From UHGV virus genome UHGV-0307437: 44,419 nucleotides of DNA. One strand, written 5' to 3'. Positions 25,848-35,472 of this stretch are shown here, piece after piece. Position numbers and translations under genes: made by a program. The stretch's first letter is position 1. The number at the start of each line of letters is the position of its first letter. This stretch comes from a virus. Under the pieces are notes generated by a model. The model searched no databases, was not told the origin of the DNA, and saw only the letters and a list, made by a program, of their open reading frames with translations.

Positions 25848-27878
25848 ATGTTTCAACCAAGAAATACAGGTTTAGTTAATTTAGGAGTAAATCCTAATGA
25901 AATTGGTAGAAGTGCTAGTATGGCTAAAGGACTAGACACTACTCAATTATTTAATGCTGGAGTAAAAGCAGTAGAATCAAAATTAAGAAGTGATGAAGAA
26001 ATAACAGCTATGAAACTTAAGAGTGAGAGTGATAGACTTCATCAAGAGTATAGACTTAAATTATCAGATAAGGAACTATATAGAGATACAGACAAACTCC
26101 AAGCAGTACAAGACGAATACAAGAAAAAAATAAATGAATTAGAAATAAAAATAGCTAACTCTGGACTAACTGAAAAGACTTTAGTTGGTATTCAAGAGTA
26201 TAATAACTCTAGTTTTCAGAATGTTAATGCTTACTATGATTTACAAGTCAAGGAGCAAAAATTCAATGAGCAACAGTCTGAAATAAATACTAGACTATAT
26301 GAATTAAATGACAGAGCTTTATCATCTGCATATGAGGGTAAGGCTGGTTGGCAAATGATGGAAACATCTTTCAATGAATATGATAGTCTACTTCAATCTC
26401 AAGTTGATAATAATATCCTAGACCCTGTAAAAGCTAATAAAATGCTTACATCAACATTAGCTAAGGCAACACTCGTAGCAACTGCCACAGAGCTTAAAAA
26501 TGGTATTATAGACAGTCAGATGAGCTATGAAGATAAATTAGAAATGCTGAATAATATTAAGAGGAATTTTGAGAATCCAGAGTATATAAAAATGTTAGCT
26601 AAAGAGGGAGCTAAGGACTACTCAAACACTTCTTTTGAGAGCTTGAATGTTGAATTGAATGAGAATGTTAATCAAGCATTAAGCATTATAAATCAAGATA
26701 TTAATAGGCTTAATACTATGGAAGGTATTAAGAAAGCTAAGAATAATAGAACAGATACTCTTAATCTTATTGAGGATATGACTTATAGAGCTAAACAAAA
26801 TAGTGGAGATGCTTACGGAGCTTATCAATACCTAACTACTAAGACAGGGCAAACTCCTAAATACCAAGACCAAATATCTTTTCAAATAGATAATGGAGAA
26901 AAACTATATGGAATAAAACCAGAAGATTGGGCTAACCCAGATAATCAAAATGTTCCTATGTGGATACCACAACAAGAAACTTTTAATGTGTTAGCTGGAC
27001 TTATTAGTAACCCTAAAGCAATACTTGGAATAACAGAAGATATACCAGATACTGAATTACTAGATACAGTAATGGAAACTACTTTTAATATAGTTGGTAA
27101 TGAGTTAGGACTAAGTGCTGACACTCCAGAGAATAGAACTATTATCGCTAAATTTATCACGGGTAGTGGTATTGCTGGTGGTATGTTCCCTAATGGCTTC
27201 GATTACAATATGACTATGAAATATGCTGACCCTAATAATGTTAAGATGACAGATGAGCAATTTAACAACAATAAGCAAATATATGCTAACCAAGGAGCAT
27301 TAAAAGAATTTAGCATAACATCAGAAGGTATAAAGTCTATGCCACAAAATACAACTACTCAACAACAAAAGAAAGCTCAAGAGATAGCTAATCAAAATGC
27401 TAGAGGAATAGCATATCCTAAAACTGTTGTAGATGGTAAGAAAGATACAAATATGTTCAATAAAGGTTTTTGGTTTTTCTCTGCTGACCCTACAAAAGAT
27501 GAGTTATCAAGAAATGTTATTTCTGAAACAATAGGAGGATACTACAAAGAAAATCAATTAAGCAAAGGTAGAAGTAATATTAATATAATTCAAGACCAAG
27601 CATATATAGCTGATATGTTGAATAATGAAATAGTGTTAAATGCTGTTCAAGATAGAGCTATGATATATTTCAACAAAGCTAACTCACAAGCTATTAAAAA
27701 TGGTTTATACATCAATGGAGTTACTAAAGAAGATTTAAACAGAGATGAGTATTGGGGAAGAGCATTAAGAGAAGTTATAGGAGAGCAGCTAGACTTGAAA
27801 CACAACTTAACAGATGGTAGAATAGCTGGTAGAAATGTAGATTATAAGAGAGCTAAAATAATTAGAATTGAGAACTAG
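25848..27878 (+). CDS. Putative internal virion/ejection protein (676 aa, coiled-coil N-terminus)
   Basis: By position and size. Confidence 0.3.
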   Translation: MFQPRNTGLVNLGVNPNEIGRSASMAKGLDTTQLFNAGVKAVESKLRSDEEITAMKLKSESDRLHQEYRLKLSDKELYRDTDKLQAVQDEYKKKINELEIKIANSGLTEKTLVGIQEYNNSSFQNVNAYYDLQVKEQKFNEQQSEINTRLYELNDRALSSAYEGKAGWQMMETSFNEYDSLLQSQVDNNILDPVKANKMLTSTLAKATLVATATELKNGIIDSQMSYEDKLEMLNNIKRNFENPEYIKMLAKEGAKDYSNTSFESLNVELNENVNQALSIINQDINRLNTMEGIKKAKNNRTDTLNLIEDMTYRAKQNSGDAYGAYQYLTTKTGQTPKYQDQISFQIDNGEKLYGIKPEDWANPDNQNVPMWIPQQETFNVLAGLISNPKAILGITEDIPDTELLDTVMETTFNIVGNELGLSADTPENRTIIAKFITGSGIAGGMFPNGFDYNMTMKYADPNNVKMTDEQFNNNKQIYANQGALKEFSITSEGIKSMPQNTTTQQQKKAQEIANQNARGIAYPKTVVDGKKDTNMFNKGFWFFSADPTKDELSRNVISETIGGYYKENQLSKGRSNINIIQDQAYIADMLNNEIVLNAVQDRAMIYFNKANSQAIKNGLYINGVTKEDLNRDEYWGRALREVIGEQLDLKHNLTDGRIAGRNVDYKRAKIIRIEN

Positions 27879-27904
27879 GTCGCACGTATGCGACTTAGTT
27901 TTTA
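27879..27904 (+). terminator. Terminator GTCGCA-cgta-TGCGAC + T-run
   Basis: 6-bp stem, tetraloop. Confidence 0.5.
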
Positions 27905-27916
27905 AAAGGAGGAATA

Positions 27917-30900
27917 ATGGCAGCAGTATATGATTATTTAAAAGGTTTAAGTAACAATGCTTTTAATTTTTTCAATCCATTTTCTAATCAAGGATTTAGT
28001 CAAGAAGAGTTACAAGCTAGAGAAGATGAGTTTTCTAACCCTAGTTATATGTGGAACTCTTACTATTTACAAAGAGATAAAATGGAAGAAACGTTAGATA
28101 GAATCAATACTATAAAAAGAATGAAAGATTTACAGATAGAGCTTAAAGAAACTAGATTAAAAGTTCTTGGTAAAGATATGGAAGAAACAGAAGAAACTAA
28201 GAAAATGTTTGAGGAATATGACAAGGAACTAGAAGCTTTGGAATTTCAGAAAAAGATACAAATAGCTGGACTTAACTACGCTCAAAAGAATCTTGGTGGT
28301 ATTCAAAAATTTGTGTCTGCACCTTTATATGATGTTTTGGTTGATGTATCTAACCCTACTGATATTGGAGATTTAATTTCGGTTGGTAGAGTTGGAGTGT
28401 CACTTGCTAGTGCTGGAGTAGGAGCAGCAGTTGCTAAGGGAGCTGGAAGTATTGGTCTTGGTACTGTTGGTAAAATAGTTGGAACAGAAGCTGTTATTAG
28501 TGTTGCTGATACTGCCTTAGATGTTGCTAGAATAAAAGATGAAACAGGAGAAGAATTAGATAATAGTGATATAGCTAAGTTATATGGTACTAATGTTGCT
28601 GGTGGTCTTATTATGAACGGTTTAATGGCTAGTGGTGGATATGCTTTTAGAACTATATTCAATAAGGTTAAGGGTAGAGTGAATAGTGCTGGAGCAAGTG
28701 CTATGAATACACCAGGAGCTAATAGAACTAGTCCTAATGGAACACCTAACCCTGATATGTCACAAGCACCTAGAACAGCTTTAAGACAAGCTTTAGGAGA
28801 AGAGAGTGGAGAACAGATGGCTGATGTTATTAAGTCTGCTGAATTATCTAAATTTGATACTTTTGATATGAGTGATGAGATAGCAAAAGCTAGTACATTA
28901 GATATGGGAACTACTACACCAGCAGAAAGAAAAGTTATGGATATTACCCTTACTGATTATATGGCAAAAAATCTTGATACACCTATTCCAGAGAGTGAGT
29001 TCTTAAATCTTCCTAAAACTAGAGATTTTATTAAAACTGAAATGAACACCAGAACTAATAAGATTATGACTGACTTATCTCAAATGATTGCTAACTACGC
29101 AAGAGTTTATACTAACACTATTGAAGAAATAGCACTAAAGAAAAATATTAAAGCTATTGATTTAATAAACAGTAATCAAACACCACTATTTGCTAGAGAG
29201 TGGGTAAATAGCATTTCTATCATAAAAGAAAAAATTTCCACAACTCTATCAAAACAAATAAACTTTAATATATCATCAAGAGGTAGTGAGCTTGGTATTA
29301 ATAACTATGTTGATTTTATTAAATACTCTCAAGATAATGGTATTGATATATTTAAGGCTATGTACACAGGAATATTACCAGATAATTTACCACAACCATA
29401 CAAAGAGGTTTTTGGATATGTTAGCGATTTAACTTTTAAATATTCTATTGAAGTAAACCCTAGAGAAGTATTCGGGGAGAATGATTATTTAATAGAAACT
29501 GCATCTAAATATGGAGCTAATAGTTTATTTGTAGGTTTAGAGTATGAGCCTAAAGATTGGAACTTTGATATTGATGGTGTACCTATGATGATAAACCCTA
29601 GATTAACTAGTGATGAAGCTTTAGAACTTGTAACTAAAATTAGAACCGAATTACAAGATGAGTTATCTGGAAAGGTTGATTTAGTTAAGGTAGTTCAAGA
29701 TTATGCTGATTTAGAAATGGCTGATTATGATGATGGTATTGTAAGAATATTGGAAGAAAATTTATCACAAAGTAGAAATAATTTAATAAATAAATTAAGA
29801 GAGTATGGACTTAATAAAAGACAAGCTAGTGTTGTTTATAATGTGTTTAATAAAGCTAGAAAAAATATAGAAGATGTTGATGTCAACGGAATAGAATTAA
29901 TAGATGAGATAACAAAAGACTTTAGTAAAAGAAACACTATTAAAAATAGATTATTTAGTTTTATTCCTAAAAATGATGCTATGTCTGATGTTGACTTATT
30001 TAGAATTACAACAGATGGAAAAGGTAATACAATTAGAAACAAACGTTTCGCTCCTAAAGATGAAGTAACTAACAACAGGAAGTTTACACAAGCTGAATTA
30101 GAAAGAAGAGATGAGATAGAACAAATGGTTACTAAGTATTTAGGCGGGCCAATAAACCCTAATGTTGAAAAAGCTTTCTGGGGAATTAATATACCTTTAG
30201 CACAAGGAAGTAAAACAGTTGATATTAGAACTACTGATATATCTCAATTAGCTGATATTTACTACAAAAAAGAAGGAGTTCTAAAAAAAGATTGGAGAGA
30301 ATTATCAGATGATGATATGGTTAAATTTTTAGATGAAGTAGCTACAAAATTAGTTTCAGAATCTATTATTAAAATAGGAGAATATGTCAGAATTTCAACA
30401 GGAATAGATAATGTTGAGGACTATGTAGACTACTTACTTACTAAATGGAATGTAGATAAATCAAAACTAAAAATTGAAATAAATCATAAAGCAGAAAAAT
30501 TTAGAGCTTTTTATAGACCTAGTGAAAAATTGATATCTCTTAATTTCCCAAAGGATATGGGAGGAGATACTAAGTTAGGAGTTGTTAGACACGAATTGCA
30601 ACATATGTATGAAGATGTTGTGTTAGGAAAAACTAATGATGTTACTTACAGAAATAACTTTAGAAATAGACCTACTATTGCTGGAACAGGAGTGTTCAAT
30701 AGAATAAAGAAAGGACAACCTGTAACAGCCAGAGAGTTTATAGGTAGATTTTATGATAATCACTTCTACTCTCCAATGAATGATAACTTTGAGAGAAATT
30801 ATCTAGCAGCAGTAGCAAGGGAAAAATTTAATAAGAGAACTCCATATGAGAAAGCTCAAGACTTCTTTTCTCTGTTAGATGCTACTACTCAAGGTAGAGT

Positions 30901-32746
30901 TACAGAAAGAACTCACGTAAAAGAAATATTCAGATTTTTGCAAGATGCTGAAGATATACCAGATTATTTAGATGCTGATTTTTATCAAGACTTTGCTATC
31001 AAATCTTTTATCAGGCCAGATGATATGTTTGACTTTGTAAATTTCTTAGCTGATAAAGGAAATAATAAAATAAGAAATATGAATACTAACTATTCTAAAA
31101 TATTAAGTAGAATGGTAACAGAGGAGCAAGGATTTTCTATTAATACTTTATTAGCTCAATTAAATACAAATAAATTAAAAAGAGATTTACAAGGAATTTA
31201 TGATAATGTAAATGACCTTAAGAATACTGTTCTTGGTACAGTTATAGGAGATATTAGAAAAGAAGTTAGAGATAGATTTATTACAAGAGGTGGTAGACAA
31301 GATGACCCTACTTCTTTACCTTCTCTATTTTCATCTGCTGTTACATCTGCACTTATTGGTACTAGACAATTTACAGAAGCTCTAACTTCTCCTGTTATGG
31401 CTGGTACTGCTCATATACTTGCTGGTGGTAAATTTTCAGAAGGAGCTATGATAGCTATTAAGAACTTGCCATTATCTTATAGAAATTATATTAAGTCTTA
31501 TATATATGCTGGTGGTACTGCAGTAGAAAACGTTGGAGAGTTCTTTAATGCTGGTATTAATGCTGCTAGTCAAACTATATTAAAAAGACAAATGGAACAG
31601 ACTTTTACTTTACACCTTGCTGATACTCTTCATAAAATAGGAGATATTAAGAACTCTAATGTTACTCTATTTGATGCTAAGGAGTTTAGTGATTTCACTA
31701 CTCAAATGGCTATACTAAATGCTGGAGCTGACCCAGATGCTTTTATTGGTAGAATGGCTAGAATATTCAATAGGAGTATCCACGGAAACAAAGCTGATGA
31801 TATTCAATTACAAGCAATAGCTGAAAAGGTTGCTAGAAGTGAATTTATGAAAATGTTAGGTGTTAGTGATGTTTCTCAATTAAATCAAATCCAAAAGCAA
31901 ATGTATACAATGAGTGGACTAGATAATTCAGAGTTTGGAAAATGGCAAGTATATGCTAGAAATGTTGTCAATGAACACGGACTTGATTTTCCACAAGATG
32001 CTTTTTCTCTTAAAATGATGTTAGCTCAAGGAGAAGGAAGTATTGACTTAATAGGAATGTCAAGAAGAACTACTAAGGGAGAGAGAATCTCATTCTTGTA
32101 TATGTGTCAGACTATGTTTAATGCAGCTAAATTAGCACTTCAAAAACTCAAGGCTACATCAGTAAATGGTTTCCAAGTAGAACATATGGACACTATGCAA
32201 ATAGCAAAACTAATGGGAGTTCTTGGAGTTGCTTCAATCGGAGTTGTTGCTATGTTACCTAAGCAGCAAACTGAAAAAATAGTTTTTGGTAATAAGACTA
32301 TGTTAGATGATATGGACAAGGCTTATGATACTTGGAAACAAGATAAGAAAAAAGGAAGTTATTTAATAGCTAAAACTATATTAGGAACAGCAACACAACA
32401 AACACCTTTTTCTTATATGGTAAATCCTAGTGGTAATGCTTTTGGTGTATACGGAGCTGGTTATAGCTTATTTGATAGAAATATATTTGATGTGTCAAAA
32501 GGAGAAGTTAGAGATAGTTGGCTAACTTTATCAATATTTGCTGCACCTATTGTATCATCAAGACTTACTATGTTAGCAAAGAAATACGGAACAGAAGAAG
32601 GTGGAAGTGTTCCTATCAATAAGACTCAATTAACTCAACAATTAGCTGATGATATTGAAACATTCCTACCATACTCATACGAGAGTACTACTAGAAAAAT
32701 GAAAAGACAACAGAGAATGAATGAGTTTTCTATCTGGGGTAAATAA
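27917..32746 (+). CDS. Large internal virion/ejection protein (1609 aa) with Gly/Ala-rich TM region and HExxH metallopeptidase-like motif
   Basis: VVRHELQHMYE motif. Hydrophobic Gly-rich block at about aa 150-250. Analogous in size and position to T7 gp16. Confidence 0.35.
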   Translation: MAAVYDYLKGLSNNAFNFFNPFSNQGFSQEELQAREDEFSNPSYMWNSYYLQRDKMEETLDRINTIKRMKDLQIELKETRLKVLGKDMEETEETKKMFEEYDKELEALEFQKKIQIAGLNYAQKNLGGIQKFVSAPLYDVLVDVSNPTDIGDLISVGRVGVSLASAGVGAAVAKGAGSIGLGTVGKIVGTEAVISVADTALDVARIKDETGEELDNSDIAKLYGTNVAGGLIMNGLMASGGYAFRTIFNKVKGRVNSAGASAMNTPGANRTSPNGTPNPDMSQAPRTALRQALGEESGEQMADVIKSAELSKFDTFDMSDEIAKASTLDMGTTTPAERKVMDITLTDYMAKNLDTPIPESEFLNLPKTRDFIKTEMNTRTNKIMTDLSQMIANYARVYTNTIEEIALKKNIKAIDLINSNQTPLFAREWVNSISIIKEKISTTLSKQINFNISSRGSELGINNYVDFIKYSQDNGIDIFKAMYTGILPDNLPQPYKEVFGYVSDLTFKYSIEVNPREVFGENDYLIETASKYGANSLFVGLEYEPKDWNFDIDGVPMMINPRLTSDEALELVTKIRTELQDELSGKVDLVKVVQDYADLEMADYDDGIVRILEENLSQSRNNLINKLREYGLNKRQASVVYNVFNKARKNIEDVDVNGIELIDEITKDFSKRNTIKNRLFSFIPKNDAMSDVDLFRITTDGKGNTIRNKRFAPKDEVTNNRKFTQAELERRDEIEQMVTKYLGGPINPNVEKAFWGINIPLAQGSKTVDIRTTDISQLADIYYKKEGVLKKDWRELSDDDMVKFLDEVATKLVSESIIKIGEYVRISTGIDNVEDYVDYLLTKWNVDKSKLKIEINHKAEKFRAFYRPSEKLISLNFPKDMGGDTKLGVVRHELQHMYEDVVLGKTNDVTYRNNFRNRPTIAGTGVFNRIKKGQPVTAREFIGRFYDNHFYSPMNDNFERNYLAAVAREKFNKRTPYEKAQDFFSLLDATTQGRVTERTHVKEIFRFLQDAEDIPDYLDADFYQDFAIKSFIRPDDMFDFVNFLADKGNNKIRNMNTNYSKILSRMVTEEQGFSINTLLAQLNTNKLKRDLQGIYDNVNDLKNTVLGTVIGDIRKEVRDRFITRGGRQDDPTSLPSLFSSAVTSALIGTRQFTEALTSPVMAGTAHILAGGKFSEGAMIAIKNLPLSYRNYIKSYIYAGGTAVENVGEFFNAGINAASQTILKRQMEQTFTLHLADTLHKIGDIKNSNVTLFDAKEFSDFTTQMAILNAGADPDAFIGRMARIFNRSIHGNKADDIQLQAIAEKVARSEFMKMLGVSDVSQLNQIQKQMYTMSGLDNSEFGKWQVYARNVVNEHGLDFPQDAFSLKMMLAQGEGSIDLIGMSRRTTKGERISFLYMCQTMFNAAKLALQKLKATSVNGFQVEHMDTMQIAKLMGVLGVASIGVVAMLPKQQTEKIVFGNKTMLDDMDKAYDTWKQDKKKGSYLIAKTILGTATQQTPFSYMVNPSGNAFGVYGAGYSLFDRNIFDVSKGEVRDSWLTLSIFAAPIVSSRLTMLAKKYGTEEGGSVPINKTQLTQQLADDIETFLPYSYESTTRKMKRQQRMNEFSIWGK

Positions 32747-32749
32747 ATA

Positions 32750-32775
32750 AGAGAGGGATATACCCTCTCTTTTAT
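32750..32775. terminator. Bidirectional terminator between convergent late and replication operons
   Basis: AGAGAGGG-atata-CCCTCTCT flanked by A- and T-runs. Confidence 0.6.
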
Positions 32776-33098
32776 AATGTCATTCCAGCTACTTCTCTTG
32801 CTTTTTCCTCATACTCAACAAATAATTCTGCTAGTTCTTTTTCAGTTATCTTACCATCTTTCTTAGTCTTAACTATCTTAATCTTAGCATCTGACTCAAG
32901 ATATTTTATGATATGTCTACATATACTTTTCTTGAAATTCTCTATATCATATATATCTAGCATTCCAGCCATTACGTCTAACTCTTTATCTATTGTATCA
33001 CTAATCTTGTGTACTAAGTTCTTAACCTCATTATTAATTCCTTCTTTAGCTTCAACATCTTTAATCTTTAGTCCTATTACTTCTTTATGAAAATTCAC
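32772..33098 (-). CDS. Hypothetical protein (GTG start)
   Basis: RBS GGAGGT 9 nt before the GTG. Confidence 0.4.
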   Translation of the reverse strand: MNFHKEVIGLKIKDVEAKEGINNEVKNLVHKISDTIDKELDVMAGMLDIYDIENFKKSICRHIIKYLESDAKIKIVKTKKDGKITEKELAELFVEYEEKAREVAGMTL

Positions 33099-33631
33099 TA
33101 TTTATTACCTCCTAGCGACCAATCTCCATTAGGTCTTTCTCCAATATTTTGTTTCCATTTTTTTATATAAGCTTGTATTATTTCTTCTCTAGTAAAACCT
33201 CTTAAATTACAAATTTTTATCCAAGTTCTAAAAGCAAAGATTAAGTCATTATTCCACAAATAATACTTAAACTCATTTATAATTATTTTTAAATTTTTGT
33301 TAGTTGTTATATTTTCAAAATCGCAGAAATGTTTTTCTAAATTAAACTCTTCATAATTCTTAAAATTTTCAAACATATTTACTAATTGTAAAAAGAAAAA
33401 CAAGCAATCAACTAACTCAACAAGTTCTTTATCTCTGTTATAAGTCTTTTCTTTCCAAGTTTTAAAGTTATATTCATCTGGTAATTCTTTCCACCATTCT
33501 TGAAATTCATCATCTAAAGCACCTTTGATATCAAATAAAGTTCTTTCACGTGGAACAAATCCACTCTTACGCGGTATCAATATTTCTTTATCTAACTGCT
33601 TTTGCATTTCTAATATTTCTATAAAATCCAT
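33098..33631 (-). CDS. Dimeric (all-α) dUTPase / dCTP pyrophosphatase-like protein
   Basis: LEMQKQLDKEI...ALDDEFQEWWKELP..FKTWKEK..ELVELVDCLFFFL fits the dUTPase_2 family pattern. Confidence 0.5.
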   Translation of the reverse strand: MDFIEILEMQKQLDKEILIPRKSGFVPRERTLFDIKGALDDEFQEWWKELPDEYNFKTWKEKTYNRDKELVELVDCLFFFLQLVNMFENFKNYEEFNLEKHFCDFENITTNKNLKIIINEFKYYLWNNDLIFAFRTWIKICNLRGFTREEIIQAYIKKWKQNIGERPNGDWSLGGNK

Positions 33632-33632
33632 A

Positions 33633-33965
33633 TTACACCTCTGGAAAATCTAACTTTCTTTCTTTGTCTAACTTAAGTATTGCTTCTATCTTCTCATCAA
33701 GTGGTAAATCTTCCTCTAGCTCTCTCCACAAATCACAAAACTCTATCCAAGATATAACTTTCTTTTCATCTGATAAGTAGTTATTATACACAATACTTGG
33801 AATCATCTTAGTCTTATGTTGAATAACTACCTTTGTATCTTCATTCTCAAAAGTGAATCCTACTTTCTTTAAATCATTAGTAGTTGCTATAAGTTCATTT
33901 TCACTTAAACCAAAAATCTTACAAGTGTACTCTAATAAATAATCTACTGTTTTTCTGTCTAACAT
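33633..33965 (-). CDS. Hypothetical protein
   Basis: RBS AGGAG. Confidence 0.45.
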   Translation of the reverse strand: MLDRKTVDYLLEYTCKIFGLSENELIATTNDLKKVGFTFENEDTKVVIQHKTKMIPSIVYNNYLSDEKKVISWIEFCDLWRELEEDLPLDEKIEAILKLDKERKLDFPEV

Positions 33966-33977
33966 TTATCATCACTC

Positions 33978-34466
33978 CTATTTTAATTCAACTTCTACAT
34001 ATCCTTTATGTTTTACGATGTTACATATTCTATTTATTTCTAATACAGTATTATGTTCAATATCCTTGTTAGAGCCTGTAAACCTCTTTCTGATGTCTTT
34101 GCAATTCTCAATAGAGTTAATAGTCGCATATCTATATCCTGTCGCTTTAAACATATAATCAGGAACTCTCCTAACCTCTACTAACTTAATACCATATTTC
34201 TTGATAAACATTTTCTTTTTAATCTTATACACATCAGTTAAACTTCCTTTGTAATCTATTGCTAATTTATCTTCTGGAAAATATAAGTCCGGTGTATAAG
34301 TTATTGCTAAGTGAGTTTCTCCATCAAACTCAAATTTCTCTTGGAGTATAAATTTCTTTTGAGTTTCAAATTCATATCCAAGACTTCTCATATACTCTAC
34401 AAATTCATCTTCTTGCTTAGAAGTCTTTTGCCCTTTCTTATTAGTAACATTGTACTTATTTCTCAT
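33978..34466 (-). CDS. PD-(D/E)xK-type nuclease (possible Holliday-junction resolvase/recombination nuclease)
   Basis: ITYTPDLYF...LAIDYKG resembles a D...(D/E)xK catalytic core. Confidence 0.3.
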   Translation of the reverse strand: MRNKYNVTNKKGQKTSKQEDEFVEYMRSLGYEFETQKKFILQEKFEFDGETHLAITYTPDLYFPEDKLAIDYKGSLTDVYKIKKKMFIKKYGIKLVEVRRVPDYMFKATGYRYATINSIENCKDIRKRFTGSNKDIEHNTVLEINRICNIVKHKGYVEVELK

Positions 34467-34668
34467 CTTCTACCACCAATAAATCTCCAGGTGTTTTATC
34501 CAACACCGTACACATAGCTAAGAGAGTATTGTAATCTATCCTCTTAGCAGTGTTCAGTCTATGTGTCTTAAGTGTTGTGTGATGTACTCCTGTCATTCTC
34601 TCAAACTCTGCTTGAGATATTCCTTTTTCTTTTAGTGCTTCTGCAAATTTACATTTTATCTTTAACAA
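34456..34668 (-). CDS. XRE-family HTH transcriptional regulator (Cro/CI-like)
   Basis: GISQAEFERMTGVHHTTLKTHRLN is a classic HTH_3 motif. TTG start after AAGGAGGTGG. Confidence 0.55.
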   Translation of the reverse strand: MLKIKCKFAEALKEKGISQAEFERMTGVHHTTLKTHRLNTAKRIDYNTLLAMCTVLDKTPGDLLVVEDEK

Positions 34669-34725
34669 ACTACCACCTCCTTAGATATTATTATATCACT
34701 TGGATATGATATTGTCAATGATAAT

Positions 34726-34926
34726 TTATCCGAATATTCTACTTAATAAACCTTTATTTTTTAATTGCTCGTTTTCCTTTTCTAATCTAGCTATTTCTTT
34801 TTTTAAAATTAAGTTTTCTCTTCTTAATAAGAAACATTCCTCAAAGTTTTTCATACTTTCAACTCTTGCCTTTCCTATTAAAATTCTATATCTGTTTATT
34901 TCTTTTTTCTTTGCTTGTCTACTCAT
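34726..34926 (-). CDS. Small basic coiled-coil protein
   Basis: RBS GGAGAG. Confidence 0.4.
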   Translation of the reverse strand: MSRQAKKKEINRYRILIGKARVESMKNFEECFLLRRENLILKKEIARLEKENEQLKNKGLLSRIFG

Positions 34927-34928
34927 AA

Positions 34929-35306
34929 TTACTCTCCTATTCTCATCTGTTCTAATTTTTTCTTAAAATTTTCTTTAAAAATACTACTTCCCATTCCTCT
35001 GGATATTCTCTCTAAGAATTGTAATAGCTCTAAGTTATTTTCTGATAATTCAATATCTTCTTCTACTACTCTATTTCTATCCAAGTGTTTTAATACATCA
35101 TTAGGATTTACTCCTAACTTAGTAATAAACTCTTGTAAATCTTCTTTTCTAGCAAATAGATATTTATGTTCAACATTCTTTTTCAATACTAAAGCTACTA
35201 CTATTCCTATTTTCTTTTGACCTACTTTTATTTCTTCGATAAATTTAGGTATTCTCTGATAGAATACATCTATAATTTTTTCTCCTGTATTAGTTGTTAT
35301 TACCAT
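34929..35306 (-). CDS. Hypothetical protein
   Basis: RBS present. Confidence 0.4.
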   Translation of the reverse strand: MVITTNTGEKIIDVFYQRIPKFIEEIKVGQKKIGIVVALVLKKNVEHKYLFARKEDLQEFITKLGVNPNDVLKHLDRNRVVEEDIELSENNLELLQFLERISRGMGSSIFKENFKKKLEQMRIGE

Positions 35307-35472
35307 CTTCTACCTCTTTGATTTTTTTAATAAGTTCATCAACACAATCTTTGCATAAAGTCCATACAACTCCTTGATTACCATTGGAAACTTCTATTTC
35401 ATACCCTTCTTTAGAATGGCAATTCAAACATACTCTCCAAACATCATCTTTTACTTTTTTAACATTAATCAT
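35290..35472 (-). CDS. Zn-ribbon protein (CxxC...CxxC)
   Basis: CLNCHS...CKDC. Confidence 0.4.
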   Translation of the reverse strand: MINVKKVKDDVWRVCLNCHSKEGYEIEVSNGNQGVVWTLCKDCVDELIKKIKEVEDGNNN

